A stretch of 64,000 nucleotides of DNA, taken from assembly GCA_012295275.1 (NCBI GenBank), contig CM022675.1, forward strand, positions 15,810,001 to 15,874,000, given 5' to 3'. The translations under genes were made by a program, and so were the position numbers. This DNA comes from Chrysomallon squamiferum. Taxonomy: Eukaryota; Animalia; Mollusca. Of this stretch, positions 42,489 to 56,037 are shown one piece after another. Positions within the stretch are counted from its first letter, which is position 1. Each line of letters opens with the position of its first letter. The notes under the pieces are model-generated. The model searched no databases. It was given only the letters and a program-made list of their open reading frames with translations, and was not told the origin of the DNA.

Positions 42489-42623
42489 ATAATACTAGCC
42501 CCATCACAAAAACATATATCGGCTATTGCCTGTTTGACATCCAATAGCCGATATATGTTTTTGTGCTGGGGTGTCCTTAAACATTCATTCATTCATTCAT
42601 TCATTCATTCATTCATAATACTA
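42489..42623 (+). mobile_element. 5'-truncated SINE/LINE 3' end with fold-back inversion, (CATT)n tail and 9-bp TSD
   Basis: TSD ATAATACTA at 42489-42497 and 42615-42623. 30-bp inverted arms 42499-42528 / 42542-42571. Tail of CATT repeats. Confidence 0.75.
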
Positions 42624-43069
42624 ACCAGTATTCTATTTAAGTATAATGGAAAAATACATTGAACATAGTACAGTAATGCAGTATTACTTTTATAGTAAAA
42701 GTTTATCTGACATATGCTCTTAGCAAAAATTAAGATTTTTATTTTTTATTTTTTATTTACGATTTATTTGAAAGTATCGCTATTTACTTTTAAAAATGTA
42801 TTCATTTTATTCAGTATGGTGAATATAGTAAATGATTTGCAGGACGTCTTGGCATATCAGACTAAAACGGTAATTAGATTTTGACATTTTATTGTTCTGC
42901 TCATCCCTCTCCGATTAGTAAAAGCACTTAAGACCAAGTTACGTAATAAATGAGTATCGTAACACATGTACAAATAAAAAATAAATAAAAAATAAATAAA
43001 ACTTGGTGAAGTGAAGTTACTGCTATAAACTGAGCATCGCAAAGGAGGAAATCATTACGAACAAGCAAA

Positions 43070-43445
43070 ATGGCAGCACACGACAAAATAAACATAAAAG
43101 TAAGATACGCTTTCAGTATAATTGGAATAACATTTGGTATACTAATTTTCCTTGTTTTTGGTTTCAACTATGAAAACTGGAATACGGCGATCTGGGGGTT
43201 GTTATCAGGTAAGCACGTCACATGCTAGATTTTTAAATTAAAAACGAATAAATTTGGTATATTTGCAGTCGCTTTAATTTAATGGTTAACAGATGTCATT
43301 GTGAGATTGGTCACGTTCATAAAAATGTTCAATTAGATTTTATTGTCATTGTATTTAAAGTGTATTAAAATGAGAAACTGAAATGAAAATATATTTTATC
43401 GAGGTAAGAATAAAAGTAAATTTGAATTCTTATTTTCGAAAGTTG

Positions 43446-43490
<45 letters not shown>

Positions 43491-43562
43491 AAAAAAAAAA
43501 AAATAAAAATAAATAAAAATAAAAAATAAATAAAAAGTACCAGCTAAGTAACTAAAAACTAA

Positions 43563-43596
<34 letters not shown>

Positions 43597-44309
43597 TAAA
43601 TAAATAAATAAATAAATAAAGTTACAAATAGCTAACTTATTTTAATAAATTATGTGATGATAAACAATCAGTTATATTTATAACAAACATGTCTAGATGT
43701 TGGCATATTTGTATTTATTTATTTATTTGTTAATTATTATCATTATCAGAGGTCTCACCACGTACTGTAAGAGATGGCGGCCCCACCATCACTTACGGCT
43801 TTCGATGAGTTAGCCCGCCATTTGTCAGCAACGGGAGCAATATCCGCCACCCGTTTATTTAGACTCGCTATCATGTCATTGTTTTACACTTATGGGGTCA
43901 GCAGTTCACAGGTCTTGTCTCTAAACAAAATTGAAGTAATCCAATGCTACGACTGTCATATTTACAAAGAGACACAATCTGATTCCTCCGAAATTTGCAG
44001 CTACTCACGATGCTTGTTTAATGAAGGCTACTGTAGCAGGCACTGCATGGCTAAATTACTGCACATGAATTTCAGTGATCACTACAAATTGTTCTGCATG
44101 CAACTGTATAATTATGTTATCCTAGATAAATAAACAACTTTTTAAAATATTGTCTTCATCCTTCAAAAAATGATATGTGCTCAGTCCACACAATATAAAA
44201 ATAATAATTATTAACAGCGCATCACCAATTCAACATCACATTCTCATAAATATTCATTATCACACTGTGTGACAAATTTTTACTTTCAGAGCAATGAAAA
44301 TGATCTCAT

Positions 44310-44345
<36 letters not shown>

Positions 44346-44807
44346 TATATAATACATACAGACAGTTGCAAAACAATATGTGTGTGTGTGTGTTGTTTTG
44401 TATACATATATTCATGTAAAGAATATAATTCACAGAAAAACCAGACAAAACTCGCTGGTAACAGATACTTTGATTTTATTTAATTGCAAATAAAATAAAC
44501 TTGTTAATAGTTAATGCATTTGATGAAATATTTATTGGAGTATTTTTGACAAACAAGTAATTTGAACATTGTTCAAAGTACTTGTACCCTGAACATTTTC
44601 AGTACCATCCCTTACCATCCCTTGCACCAGCTTTTTTTTAAAAACTTATAGCTGTGAACAGTTATCAGTGAAACAAAAATCCAATAAATAGGGGGAGAAA
44701 TAAACTTTAAAAAAAAATAAAAAATAAAAAATAAAATAAAGAAATCAAATCAAAATAAAAAGTACATGTCAATAAGCTTGTGTGCATACACATACATATA
44801 CACTCAT

Positions 44808-44854
<47 letters not shown>

Positions 44855-45861
44855 ATAATTTTACATAATATTATTTATATCAAATACTTTTATGTATGTA
44901 TCTCATATTTTTCTGCATTTAGAGAATACATTCCTAATTTACAGAATTAAAATAATTATATTTTTACTTTATAAATTTTTTTAAATTAATTATAATAACG
45001 TATATATAAACTCCAGATACATTAAATACTATACATTTTTTATATTTTTATTTCATTTTAGTTATTAATTTATTAATTTAATTTTGTTTTTTATTTTAGG
45101 TGTTGCTGCTGCCCTGACAATGTGTGTTCATGTTCAGTACACACAGGAAGTATGGCAGAGTTATCCACATCGACTTCGATTCTACATGCTCACTGGATGT
45201 TTTATACAGCTAGCTGGAGTCTGTGGTTTTGTTTCGTATCTCTCTGTTGCTATAGCTCAGCATCAATGTAAGAATATCTACAGATGTGTAGAAACCATAA
45301 CTTTGTTTGCAATAGATTCTAACTGTAGAAAACATTATTTTGTTTGGGATATATTTTAAGTGTAGAACATATTATTTGATTTGAGATGACTTAATAAATT
45401 AATAAATAAATTAATGATATAAAGCTTTGATTATATATAAAATCCTTGATTTTTATTATGCATTTTTTTCTAAATTAATTGTTTCCAACATTTTATCATT
45501 TTTGTTTCTGTTTGTTATTATACTTATGTAAATGTATCTGTATACAGAAAAAAACCTACAGTGTTTTTGTATTGGGGCTAGTATTATCTGAAAAACGTTT
45601 TTTTACAGACTTTTATTTAAATACACACAGACACACAGACAAACACAAAGACATGTATTTAAGTGTACAGCTATACTTTCAGCTCTGACAGCCTATGGAA
45701 ATGGCTACTTTCTCACAGCAATCTGGTGTTTTATGACCTGGAAATGGGGATTTCTTTTATTTTACTTTTCCCGAGCTTACAGAAGAATGTATCTTGACAT
45801 CTACACAATTCTTCCACAGGACCCCAAGGATGAACCCAATCCATATGGAAGCCATTTTTAA
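43070..45861 (+). CDS. SLC48A1: Heme transporter HRG1, 3 exons, 161 aa, four TM helices
   Basis: Exons 43070-43208, 45100-45267, 45683-45861. ..TAIWGLLSGVAAALTMCVHVQY.QEVW..LAGV..AIAQHQSLT..YFLTAIWCFMTWKWGFLL..FSRAYRR..DIYTIL matches HRG1 hallmarks: TM2 His, loop HQ, KW, FARKY/YAHRY-type cluster, C-terminal acidic IL sorting motif. Confidence 0.92.
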
Positions 45862-47989
45862 AATACATATTTTAGAGATCAGCAACTACAACAACAACAA
45901 CAACAACAGAAAACTAAGGACTTTTTTATGCCTCATTTTAAAGCTGCAATTTGTTAAGAAAATGTTTTGCATTTATTCTTTTGTATTATAGCAGTCGTAA
46001 TTTTAAACATACATTCAGCTTTTTTTTCCTGAGATATTGCTTTCTGTCGCTTTTTATAATATATATGCAATGTAGATTTTTCAAATTCATATATACATAA
46101 ATAAATAAATGAATAATGATAATATAATAAATAATAATTTAAAAAAAAAGAAGAATGTAGACTTAATTTTTTTAATTGTTTATGTTAATTTTATTTTATA
46201 TAAAAAATTAGATAACTGGATTACAGAGGGCAGACTCTATAAACATTTTAAACACTGACCCACCTAAACGCTTTCAGTATTTTAAAATTTTACATTTTAC
46301 ATTTATGAGTTTAGAATTTGAGAAACAATATACTTCTATATGTATACTGAGATTTATGTATTTATTAAAAAGATACAGTTTAAAAAAATAATAAGAATGC
46401 TGTGATTTTCTTTTAGTCTTTGAAGTGGACTGACTTAGTGTCTTCAGTTTTTGTGTTTTAATTTCATTTATTTGTTTACATTTTATAATGTTATTATTTT
46501 GAATAACTTTTATGAGTTCACTCACTCTGCAAGTCATAATTTAATAAGTATTATTGTTTTTTTCATATTTTCAGTGTTTTAAAACTTGTTTTTCTTTTTT
46601 AAAAAGTTCACTGTTATTTAAATTTGTTTTGCTCATCTTAAGCTTGGTTAGTAGTTTTTATTAATATATCTTTTAACATATTCAAGTTTCTAATGGTAAA
46701 TAAAGTTTAGTCTTAAAAAGACATTAAGCTTAATAACAAAAATATAAATTAAAATAAATACATATAACAACAAAATAATACAATAACATTAATAACTTAA
46801 TAATTTAATTTTTTTATATTTTAAATAACAGTGATGAGAAAATAACATTTTGCATTTATATATATATATATAGACACACACATACACATGTGAATGTCTG
46901 TATGTATATCTCTCTATCTATGTGTGTATATATATATATATCAGTGTTGAACTGTACAAAACCTTTGCATAATTTTAGACCAAAAATAAAAATTATGTGA
47001 TGTGCTTTTTGTTTATATATATACTTACTTTATTAACCTTTTTTTAACTATCCACATTTATTAAATAAATATTTGTTATTACTTGTTTTAGTTGAGTGTG
47101 ACATGGATGCATGTGATGATCAACACTTTGTTCTTGTTGTAGATTAACATGTTTTTGGTGTTGATTACTATTTCATATTTGAAACAGAAAATAATACCCG
47201 TCCAGACTTGATTGTAAAAACTTGTGTTATCTGTTTACATAATTTATTATGTAATGTTTATTGTTAATATTTTTTAAAGAACTTTTGAGCCTTCTGAGCA
47301 AAGTTTTTTCCTTTAGTAATTTGTTTGCTCACTGGTAAAACTTCTCAGTGAACATTAGCATTCAATTCTTGTAGAGCCATATTATTTGAAAACTTTGTCA
47401 GTTGAACAAAGTTTTTCACCATCAACTGATTCCTCTCTAATGACACTTGTTTTTTTGCCTTGACCTTCGCTATTGCCTATTTCATTGGTGCCATTTTCTC
47501 TTGATCTTTCTAGCTACTACAGTTTCTGTCTTTTGAAATATCTGCAAATATTTCTAAAATTTTTATATGTCTCTAAGATTATATGTCTCTGTGTATAAGT
47601 TTCTGAAAACTGTTGAAAAAAATCTACTTACCTTACTTGAGGGTCATGTAATTCTTTTATAAGGCTTTTGATCCAGATTTGGTGTTTGTCATACAATAGT
47701 GTTTGTAATTAATTACAGTTTTATTACTGTGTGATTTCAGTATCTTTACATGAAATTTAACCATCATTTGGGGGGTGGCAGGGTTAACTTGTAAAACCCA
47801 CAATTTCAGCAGAACTGTTATTCTGAGAAATATAATACAAACTGTAAACACACATAACATTAAAACTTTTACACAAAAATGATTATATTTTAAGTTTACA
47901 AATGTTAGGTATGAATTAATATTGGAAAAAGCATTTTAATTTTATGTGAAATATATATATTGAATTTTAGATTAAATTTATTTTCAAAC

Positions 47990-48150
47990 ATTACTTTAAT
48001 GGTACATACCAATGGCTAAATACAATTTGAATAACTGCCAGTTTAATTTGATTTTAATAACTAGTGTTTGCTAATAATAAAAGATAATGATAATGATAAA
48101 AGACTAAGAAAGCACAATTTAAAAAAATGTTTAATAGTTTAGAAAGAAAT

Positions 48151-48183
<33 letters not shown>

Positions 48184-48372
48184 AAGCGATTTTTGGTCTG
48201 TTTATAGAAAATCATGTTAAAAGTGAAAATATTTCAGTTGTTAAGCTTAAATATTATTTTAATTATTAACAAAGACTGGTCATAAACTTTAGTGAATATA
48301 TATATATATATAAAAGATGAAAGTATTCCAAAAATATTTAGCTATTTGTTTGTACCATTAAAGTCCCTTTAA
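47990..48372. mobile_element. Degenerate MITE ending in GTCCCTTTAA
   Basis: ACTTTAATGGTACA..ATGGCTAAATA vs TATTTAGCTAT..TGTACCATTAAAGT as imperfect inverted termini. TTAA-type end. Confidence 0.5.
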
Positions 48373-49849
48373 TGTTTATATTTTATGATATCCAGAGATT
48401 GCATTTAAATTTTATATTTGTTCAGTTTACAGGCACACTGTTGAAAGATGCATTTAAATTAGATTGAGTATTAGTTGTAAAATATTAAACAGAAACATAA
48501 TAGTGATTATTGGTTGACTACAGCATTGTTTGATGTCTTCAAGTTATATGATCAGCATTATTAAAATTTATTTGTTTTTGTTTAATTTACTTTATTTCTC
48601 TATCTCTCTGTTTGAGTGTGTGTGTCAGATAAAATTGTGTTTTTATAATAATATGTTATAATTATTCATACATAAATTTATTAGTTGTAAGGTAATCTGG
48701 TCCATTGTCTAATATTACAAGAATTTTCTTTGAAACTAAAAACAATTAAAATTAAAATAAGAAATTAAAATAAGAAAAATTAAATATGTAAAACTGTTGT
48801 AATTTTCATTAATGTAATAGTTTTCCAAATTTCCAAATTTATGCCAAAATTTGATTGTACTGTCAATAAATGTCAACAAAATAATTTTTAAATTAAATAA
48901 GATTTATAAATTCCTTAATAATAATTTGTAAAATGATCACTGGCATTTCAGATTTATAAACTAATATGTTGAACTAACTGCTTTTTATTAATATAACATT
49001 TGTAAAATATAAAGATATATAAATATATATTTTTTAAATATAATTTTATTATTATACAGTACATTCCAAATCAGGTCAGATATATTTTAATTGATGATGT
49101 TATTAGAGAAAATAATAATGTTTTTTTTATCATATATTTTTAAAATAAAGTAAGGAGTAAAATAAACTGTACATAGCTCTATGTATAACCAAAGTAAGTT
49201 AGATTTGTTATTTGTAAGTGTTTTACTGGTACACACACATATATATATTACATGTTATCATGAATTTCATAGTCAATTTATTTCATTTAATAATTATTTA
49301 TATTTATTGTTTTGTTCTTGATTAATAAGGCATTTATTTTATGCAGCAGTATATGCTTATACTGTCATGTTAAACATATATTAACCTGTGTTATACTTTG
49401 AAATAAACTGTGTAAATATTCACTGTTCTGTTTTGTTTAATTTTAATGCATCATTATAAAAGATACCCAATTATACAAGATACACCATGATACTGACCCT
49501 TTTTGCATTACTTTTTGAAAAATGATATAAAATGACACAAAATAAAACATGATACTGACTTCTTTAATTGTGTCCTTTTCCAAAATAAGATATTGTAAAT
49601 GCAGTATGCATGTCATTGAATGTATTTTACTGGATGTGAGAAGGTAAAATCCATAGGTACACTGAACTAATATTAAAGATTGAAGCAGCAGTAGATGTGT
49701 TTCTTGTTGACACTGTTCAAACAGGAGAATGATAAACGGCAAAACTGAAATATTTTGAAATTGAGAAAGTTTCAGGCAAATCTTGTATCTGTCAGGTGCA
49801 GCTATTCTTTTTCACCAACTTTCACATACTGTATTTAGAAAAGACCTAT

Positions 49850-50345
49850 ATCTGTATCAAAAACATGATATATTCCTTTTACAAATAATCTTTGTTTCAA
49901 AAAAAGTATCCCCTTAACAAAAACATAAAGTATCTCCTTCACAAAACAATACATCAGTCACATTTACAAATTTCATTTTCCCTTTGCAAAACCTTGAATA
50001 TTCCTTTTACAAAACAAAATATACCCTTTTTATAAAACAATATATCTTATTATCAAATCTCATATTTCCCCTTTACCAAATGATATACTGTCTTTACAGA
50101 ACTTAATGAATTCCTTTTATCTAACATTAACTCCTTTTCAAGATATACCAATTACAAAATATCACATATGCCCTTTTCTAAAACAATATATCCCATTTAC
50201 CAAATATGGTATTTTTTTGTGTGTTTTGGCACTATTTCATATACCTTTGCAAAATACAGAATAATACTTTATATCTCCCTTTTTACCAAAATAGTACATA
50301 CCTTTGCAAAACTTGATACACTTTCAACTCACATTTCTTATAAAG
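49850..50345. repeat. Degenerate minisatellite of ~22-25 bp units (..CCTTTT(A/G)CAAAA..ATAT..)
   Basis: Recurrent CCYTTT(N)CAAAA cores at roughly regular spacing. Confidence 0.6.
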
Positions 50346-50849
50346 CAACATCCTAAATAACCAACAGAGGATGAAATAATTACATCAGTTAGGTTTACCA
50401 TTTATACAAACGTTATTTTGTTATTATTTTTACCAGTTTGTTTTTTCACGAGCAACACACGCTCACACAAAATAAAAATAAAAAAAAGTTAAAATTTAAA
50501 ATAATAATAAAATTAAAAAAATAATAATAAAAAAGTTTAAAAAAAAAAATAGTAATGATTTTTCCACTAAAACAAATTATACACATAGACAAAAATATTC
50601 TGTACATTACGCACTGGCACTGATATAAATATATGTTTTTGTTTAGTTGAAGTTTCTTCGATAATTTTTTATATATTTTTTTATATTTTAATATTTGACA
50701 TAGAGAAACTGTTAAAATAACAACAATGAAATAATAATAATAATAAATGTCACCCATGGACTGAACAATATTTATTTATTTGTTTGTTTGTTTGCTTGTT
50801 TTTAATAATTTAAAGTCGACACAAGTTGTCTAGTAATTACTATAATTCT

Positions 50850-51215
50850 AGTAATCTCCCTTACCTTGTTCTCTCATTTCAATATGAACATCAGTCACCT
50901 GACACCTCACGTATCATTTTGCGGCGTTAATGACTGTTTTTGATGTAAATAGAATTTCGGTGGAAATAACATTGGCATTAGAATAAAATAAGGTTTGTTA
51001 TAAGTAATGCTTGATTAGTATAAGATGTCTGGAAGACGTATTATATAAGGAAATGGTGTACTTTCTTCTAATTCTTTTATTTCGCCTGATTTGTCAAAAA
51101 TATTCATAATTTATGCTTGTCACAAAATTGATCAATTCAGGATAGCCAGATGGTTATGTATTAACATTTGTCTGATTTTTTCTGCAAATGGTAAGTATAT
51201 ATATATTTTTGGTAA
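50850..51215 (+). promoter_or_regulatory. Candidate promoter / non-coding first exon of V-ATPase subunit a with CLEAR-like element
   Basis: GTCACCTGAC at 50894-50903 (one mismatch from CLEAR GTCACGTGAC), adjacent TCACGT, local CpGs, donors after 50992, 51190 and 51211. Confidence 0.45.
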
Positions 51216-52760
51216 GTTTTAAGTTTAAACTTTATTCCGCATCAATCTTAGATGATCGCTGATCTTCAAGGCATTTAGTATTTACTAATTTTTCCCGATT
51301 TGGATAAATTTGCTGATTGATTACCGGTGTTGGAGTAAGCTTCTAAATCAAATTTATTTTCCTTATGGTACGGATTTACTTACATAATACACAGCGTCAC
51401 CCAGAACAAAAGAATACATCTAATTAACTGTAACAACAGTATTTTATTTAAGTACTTGTAAATTTTAATGAATTGATTAAATATTAAATTATTAACTGAA
51501 TAGGTTTGGTATGTATTGATAGATGTTGTTGAGTATAAATTATAATATGCATAATTATGATAATATAAATTGAATATTTTTTTCTTTTCTAATGCTTGTT
51601 CTTTTTATTTAGTTTCAGCTTATTTTTTTTATTTTTTTATTTTTTTAAAATAAGTAAATAAAAGAATATTAACTGTAAATAAAAATTATCCACAGTTCTC
51701 AGTTTCAGAATCTAAGATTACCAGAGATACTTTATTAACATGCACCCTTGGTGGTGACTTCTAAGCCTCTTATACATCTTAACCTTATTATTTTTATTCT
51801 CTTGTATATCATCAAGTTATTATTTCATTATGTTATACATCTTCAAGTTGTGATTATTAGTTGTGATTTTTTTATTTATTTATTTATTTAAGAACTTATA
51901 CATACTGGAAATATATTTTAAAATTTTTTGTTTAAATTTATATATTTTTTTAATTATTTTATATATTATTTTATATAAACCGGAAGTATATCAAGTATGT
52001 GTAGCAAAATTGAGTGGAGTGTAAATATTTAAAAACAATGTGTTGAGACCTTTATCTAACTTATCAGGATACAATATTGTAAGTCAATATTTAGATGAGC
52101 AATATTATGTTTATGCATAATAATAAATAATAATAATAATCATCATCATCATAAAATAAACAAAATAAACTAAAGAGTCAATAATTTGTTTACACTGTCA
52201 GCTGTGGTTAGATAAATCAGTAATAATATTAATTTTATAAGGTGTATCTTATCAGGGGAAGAAACATAAATTATTTTACACTTGAGATTTTATCTTTCAA
52301 GAATTATTTATGTGAACTGATCTTTTAATGTTCAAAGAGAACATGTTTAAGTAGTGTCATGTTCAGTTGTATATATGTCACATAAATAATGAAAATATTT
52401 TATTAGCCTTTTATATCTAAATTATAATTATGACTAATAAAATGTTCTGTTTGTTATTTTGAACGTTTTCATCGTGGAAGGATATTGCTTTTCCAAGTCT
52501 CTATTCTGATGTTGTTATTGCTTTTTTTAATTTGGTCATATATTTAATCAGGTAATTTTTTACTTTAAATTAATGTTTTTAAGTTTTTTATTTTTAATTA
52601 AACAATTAAAAAAAAAAAAAAAAAAACTGAACCAAAAAACCCACAGGAACAATGTTTATTGTTTCATTATAATTTATCTTTTTTTAATAACAAGGTTTAT
52701 TGGTTCACAAATGTTAGGTTAGGTGCATTCAGTAATAATCAAAATAATAATATAGTAGTA

Positions 52761-52791
<31 letters not shown>

Positions 52792-53234
52792 CTTTTAACA
52801 TTATTTTCAATTCAAGTTTAGACCAGCTAGAGGGATTTTGTTTTGTAACATTTTTATTCTGGTTTTTGTTAATTTAGAGAAAAGTGTGGAAGTCTGGTTT
52901 ATATGTTCACTCGTAATTTGATCTGTGCAGGAAGCAAAAATAAATTTGCTTTCTCTACCAGCATATTTTAATTTTTTTTTATTTAACTTGGATTTTCTGC
53001 ATGATAGTGTATGCAGCTATTTATGTTTCTTTATATATTTTATATTTTCCTGATCAGTAAAAAACTGCATTAGTTTCAGTTTATCATTTGTGAAACCTGT
53101 TATTTAGTTTTGATTGTTTTTAAGGATATACTGATATTCATTGACTTTATTTATTGTTTTGTTTTTGTAAATTATTTTATATACGTGTTTATAATTTTGT
53201 TTGATTCCAGGAACTGACTGTCTAGAAGACAAAC

Positions 53235-55974
53235 ATGGGGTCTATGTTGCGGAGTGAGGAAATGACCTTGTGTCAACTTTTCCTCCAGTCAGAAGCTGCG
53301 TATGCGTGCGTGTCGGAACTCGGAGAACTTGGACTGGTTCAGTTCAGAGATGTGAGTACACTCCAAGATCAGTAGAGAATCCACGAGTAACTCAAACATT
53401 CAGCACCACGTAGCTTCTGTTTAATTGTTACACTACAGATAAATTAGTAATACATTTTTCAGCATTTCTACGATCTTCACAGGATGATAAAAATGTTAAG
53501 CAACTCATTTAAATTTTCTGTAATCATAAATCATTTCTTATCTTTTCTAATACTATTTGTTTTCCTCCAAATATTTTGGGTTTTGTGACTCATATTTGAG
53601 TCATACATTTATGTTTTGTTAATAACATACAGACAGAATAGTATTATTAGAACAATATTCATTTCATGAAGTTTATTGTAATGTGTAACTGGCACCATTG
53701 AAAAAATGAACATTAATTCCATAAATAAAACAATAAAATTCTGATATAAAAATGTCAATTAACTACTTTTATGTATATCATGTTTTCTGTTTACTGAATA
53801 ACAAGAAACCACTGTGTTCTATTTTATTTTATTCTATAATATTTTTGTTATTTTATATTTTTTTTACTCCATTTTATTTTATTTTATTTTATTTTATTTT
53901 ATTATTATTTTTTAATTATTATTATTTTTTTTTTGATTTATTTATTAATTTATTATATTATTTTTTTAAATTATTTTTATTTTTTTTTATTTAATTTATT
54001 TAATTAATTTATTATATTATTTTTTAAAATTATTTTTAATTTTACTTAGTTTTTGTTTTCCAGTTAAACCCTGATGTAAATGCATTCCAGAGGAAATTTG
54101 TAAATGAAATTCGACGATGTGAAGAAATGGAAAGAAAACTTAGTAAATACTTTTAAACTAGTTACACTTTTAACTTGAAGTTTTATCATCATACTCCAGT
54201 TCTCTGTCTGTAACAATAACAACATGCTCATCATATCAATCTTACATATTGTCTGAAGACATATTTAAATGGGAATGTTTGTTGCAAAGTTATGATGCTG
54301 AAAAAAATGTACTGTAGCTTTAACAAAAGATTAACACTTAGAGCAGCCTGGTTCAATTCCAGGTGATTAGTTTAATCTACTCAGCAAATGTTTTTTAAAA
54401 GAATTTTATGATATAAAAATGTCCCCAAACAAAAAACAACAAAACAAAACTAAACAAATATATTATTATTGTTGCTGTTGTTATTGTTATTATTTCACTC
54501 AACAAATGCAAATTTTGATAAAATGATAAATGATTTATCTGCTGTTGACAGGGTTTTTGGAAAAGGAGATAAAAAAGGATGGTATTCCAATGCTGGACAC
54601 AGGTGACAACCCTGATGCTCCTGCCCCTAGGGAAATGATTGATCTAGAGGTGAGTTTTAGAGTGAAAAATAGCGAGAATATATAATACAATGAATATTTT
54701 AAATATCTAACACACCACTACTTATTTCTAATTTTAGTATTATCCAAAGTTTGAATTTATTTTCCAGATAAATTGCAATTAATTATTAGTTGATAATGTA
54801 TGATTGTCAAGGACAAATCATGTTAGAAAACAATATTTTATAATTTAGTAAAGGCTTGAAGTCACTTTGTTATAAATTGTAAATGTTAAAATAAATTTTT
54901 AGATTATATAGCTTTTCCTCCATCTGTGTAATAAAATAATGTTTTTATGTATAAAAACAATTATATATAAAAAAAAAAAAAATGTTTTGAAATCCAGAAT
55001 TTTTGGATATGCAGAAAATCCTTTATGCATGTTCATTTCCTTATTTTCAAAAAAAATCAATATCTCGTTGAATATTGTGATTTTATTTGGTTTGTTATGA
55101 CCATGTTAAACAGATGTTCTACACATTCTGTTGAAGTTTTAAACACTTCTATAAAATGGTTTTGTAGGCTACGTTTGAAAAACTTGAAAACGAGATGAAG
55201 GAGGTGAATGCTAACTCTGAAGCCTTGAAGAAAAACTTTCTGGAGCTCACAGAGCTGAAGCACATTTTGCGAAAAACTCAGACATTTTTTGACGAGGTTT
55301 GTGTTTACAGTTTTTTCCTTGTTTGTGATGCAGTCTGAGGATGAAACTTGATCAAAGATTTTGATCTCAGCATCAAACCACTAAACACAACAACAACAAA
55401 AAAAAATCCCCTCAAAACCAAACAAAATTTGGATCACTTTTGCAAATGCTTAATTTTCATAATTAAGTGTATTTAGTCTTGACTTTTAGAAACTTTACAG
55501 TTCCTCCTTATTTAGTAAAACATTCAGTTTATTATTATAATCAGGTTTTTTTTTAAAGATAAATTCCAGTTTTATGTATATTATTATGTTTTGAAGACTG
55601 ATACATTATCAGAACTGAAATATCTTTTCTCCACTTATATTTACAATAATAATAATAATAATAATAATAAAATAGTAGTTAAGCTAGGTTTCTTTTTCCC
55701 TCAGATTGCATCACATTTATTAACTGAAATTTCTTAAAATTTCTTCTAAGTTATTTCTTATAAATATTTCTTATTATATAAAATATGTTTCTTCTTATCT
55801 CCAGTAGCAATGTTTAAAACTGTTGTTTATTTTAAAATAAGGCAGCTGGTATTTTTTAGAATGTATTTTATCTTTGTAACATGTGGTGGAATTATTTTAA
55901 TTCTCATGTGTCTATTCTTGTCAGAACCAGTATTTTTTGTTATCTTTTATTATATTCAGAATTTATTATTTTTA

Positions 55975-56037
<63 letters not shown>

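Noticed and set aside
43774-44133. 119-aa ORF in HRG1 intron 1
   Set aside because: No recognisable domain or splice structure; likely repeat-derived.
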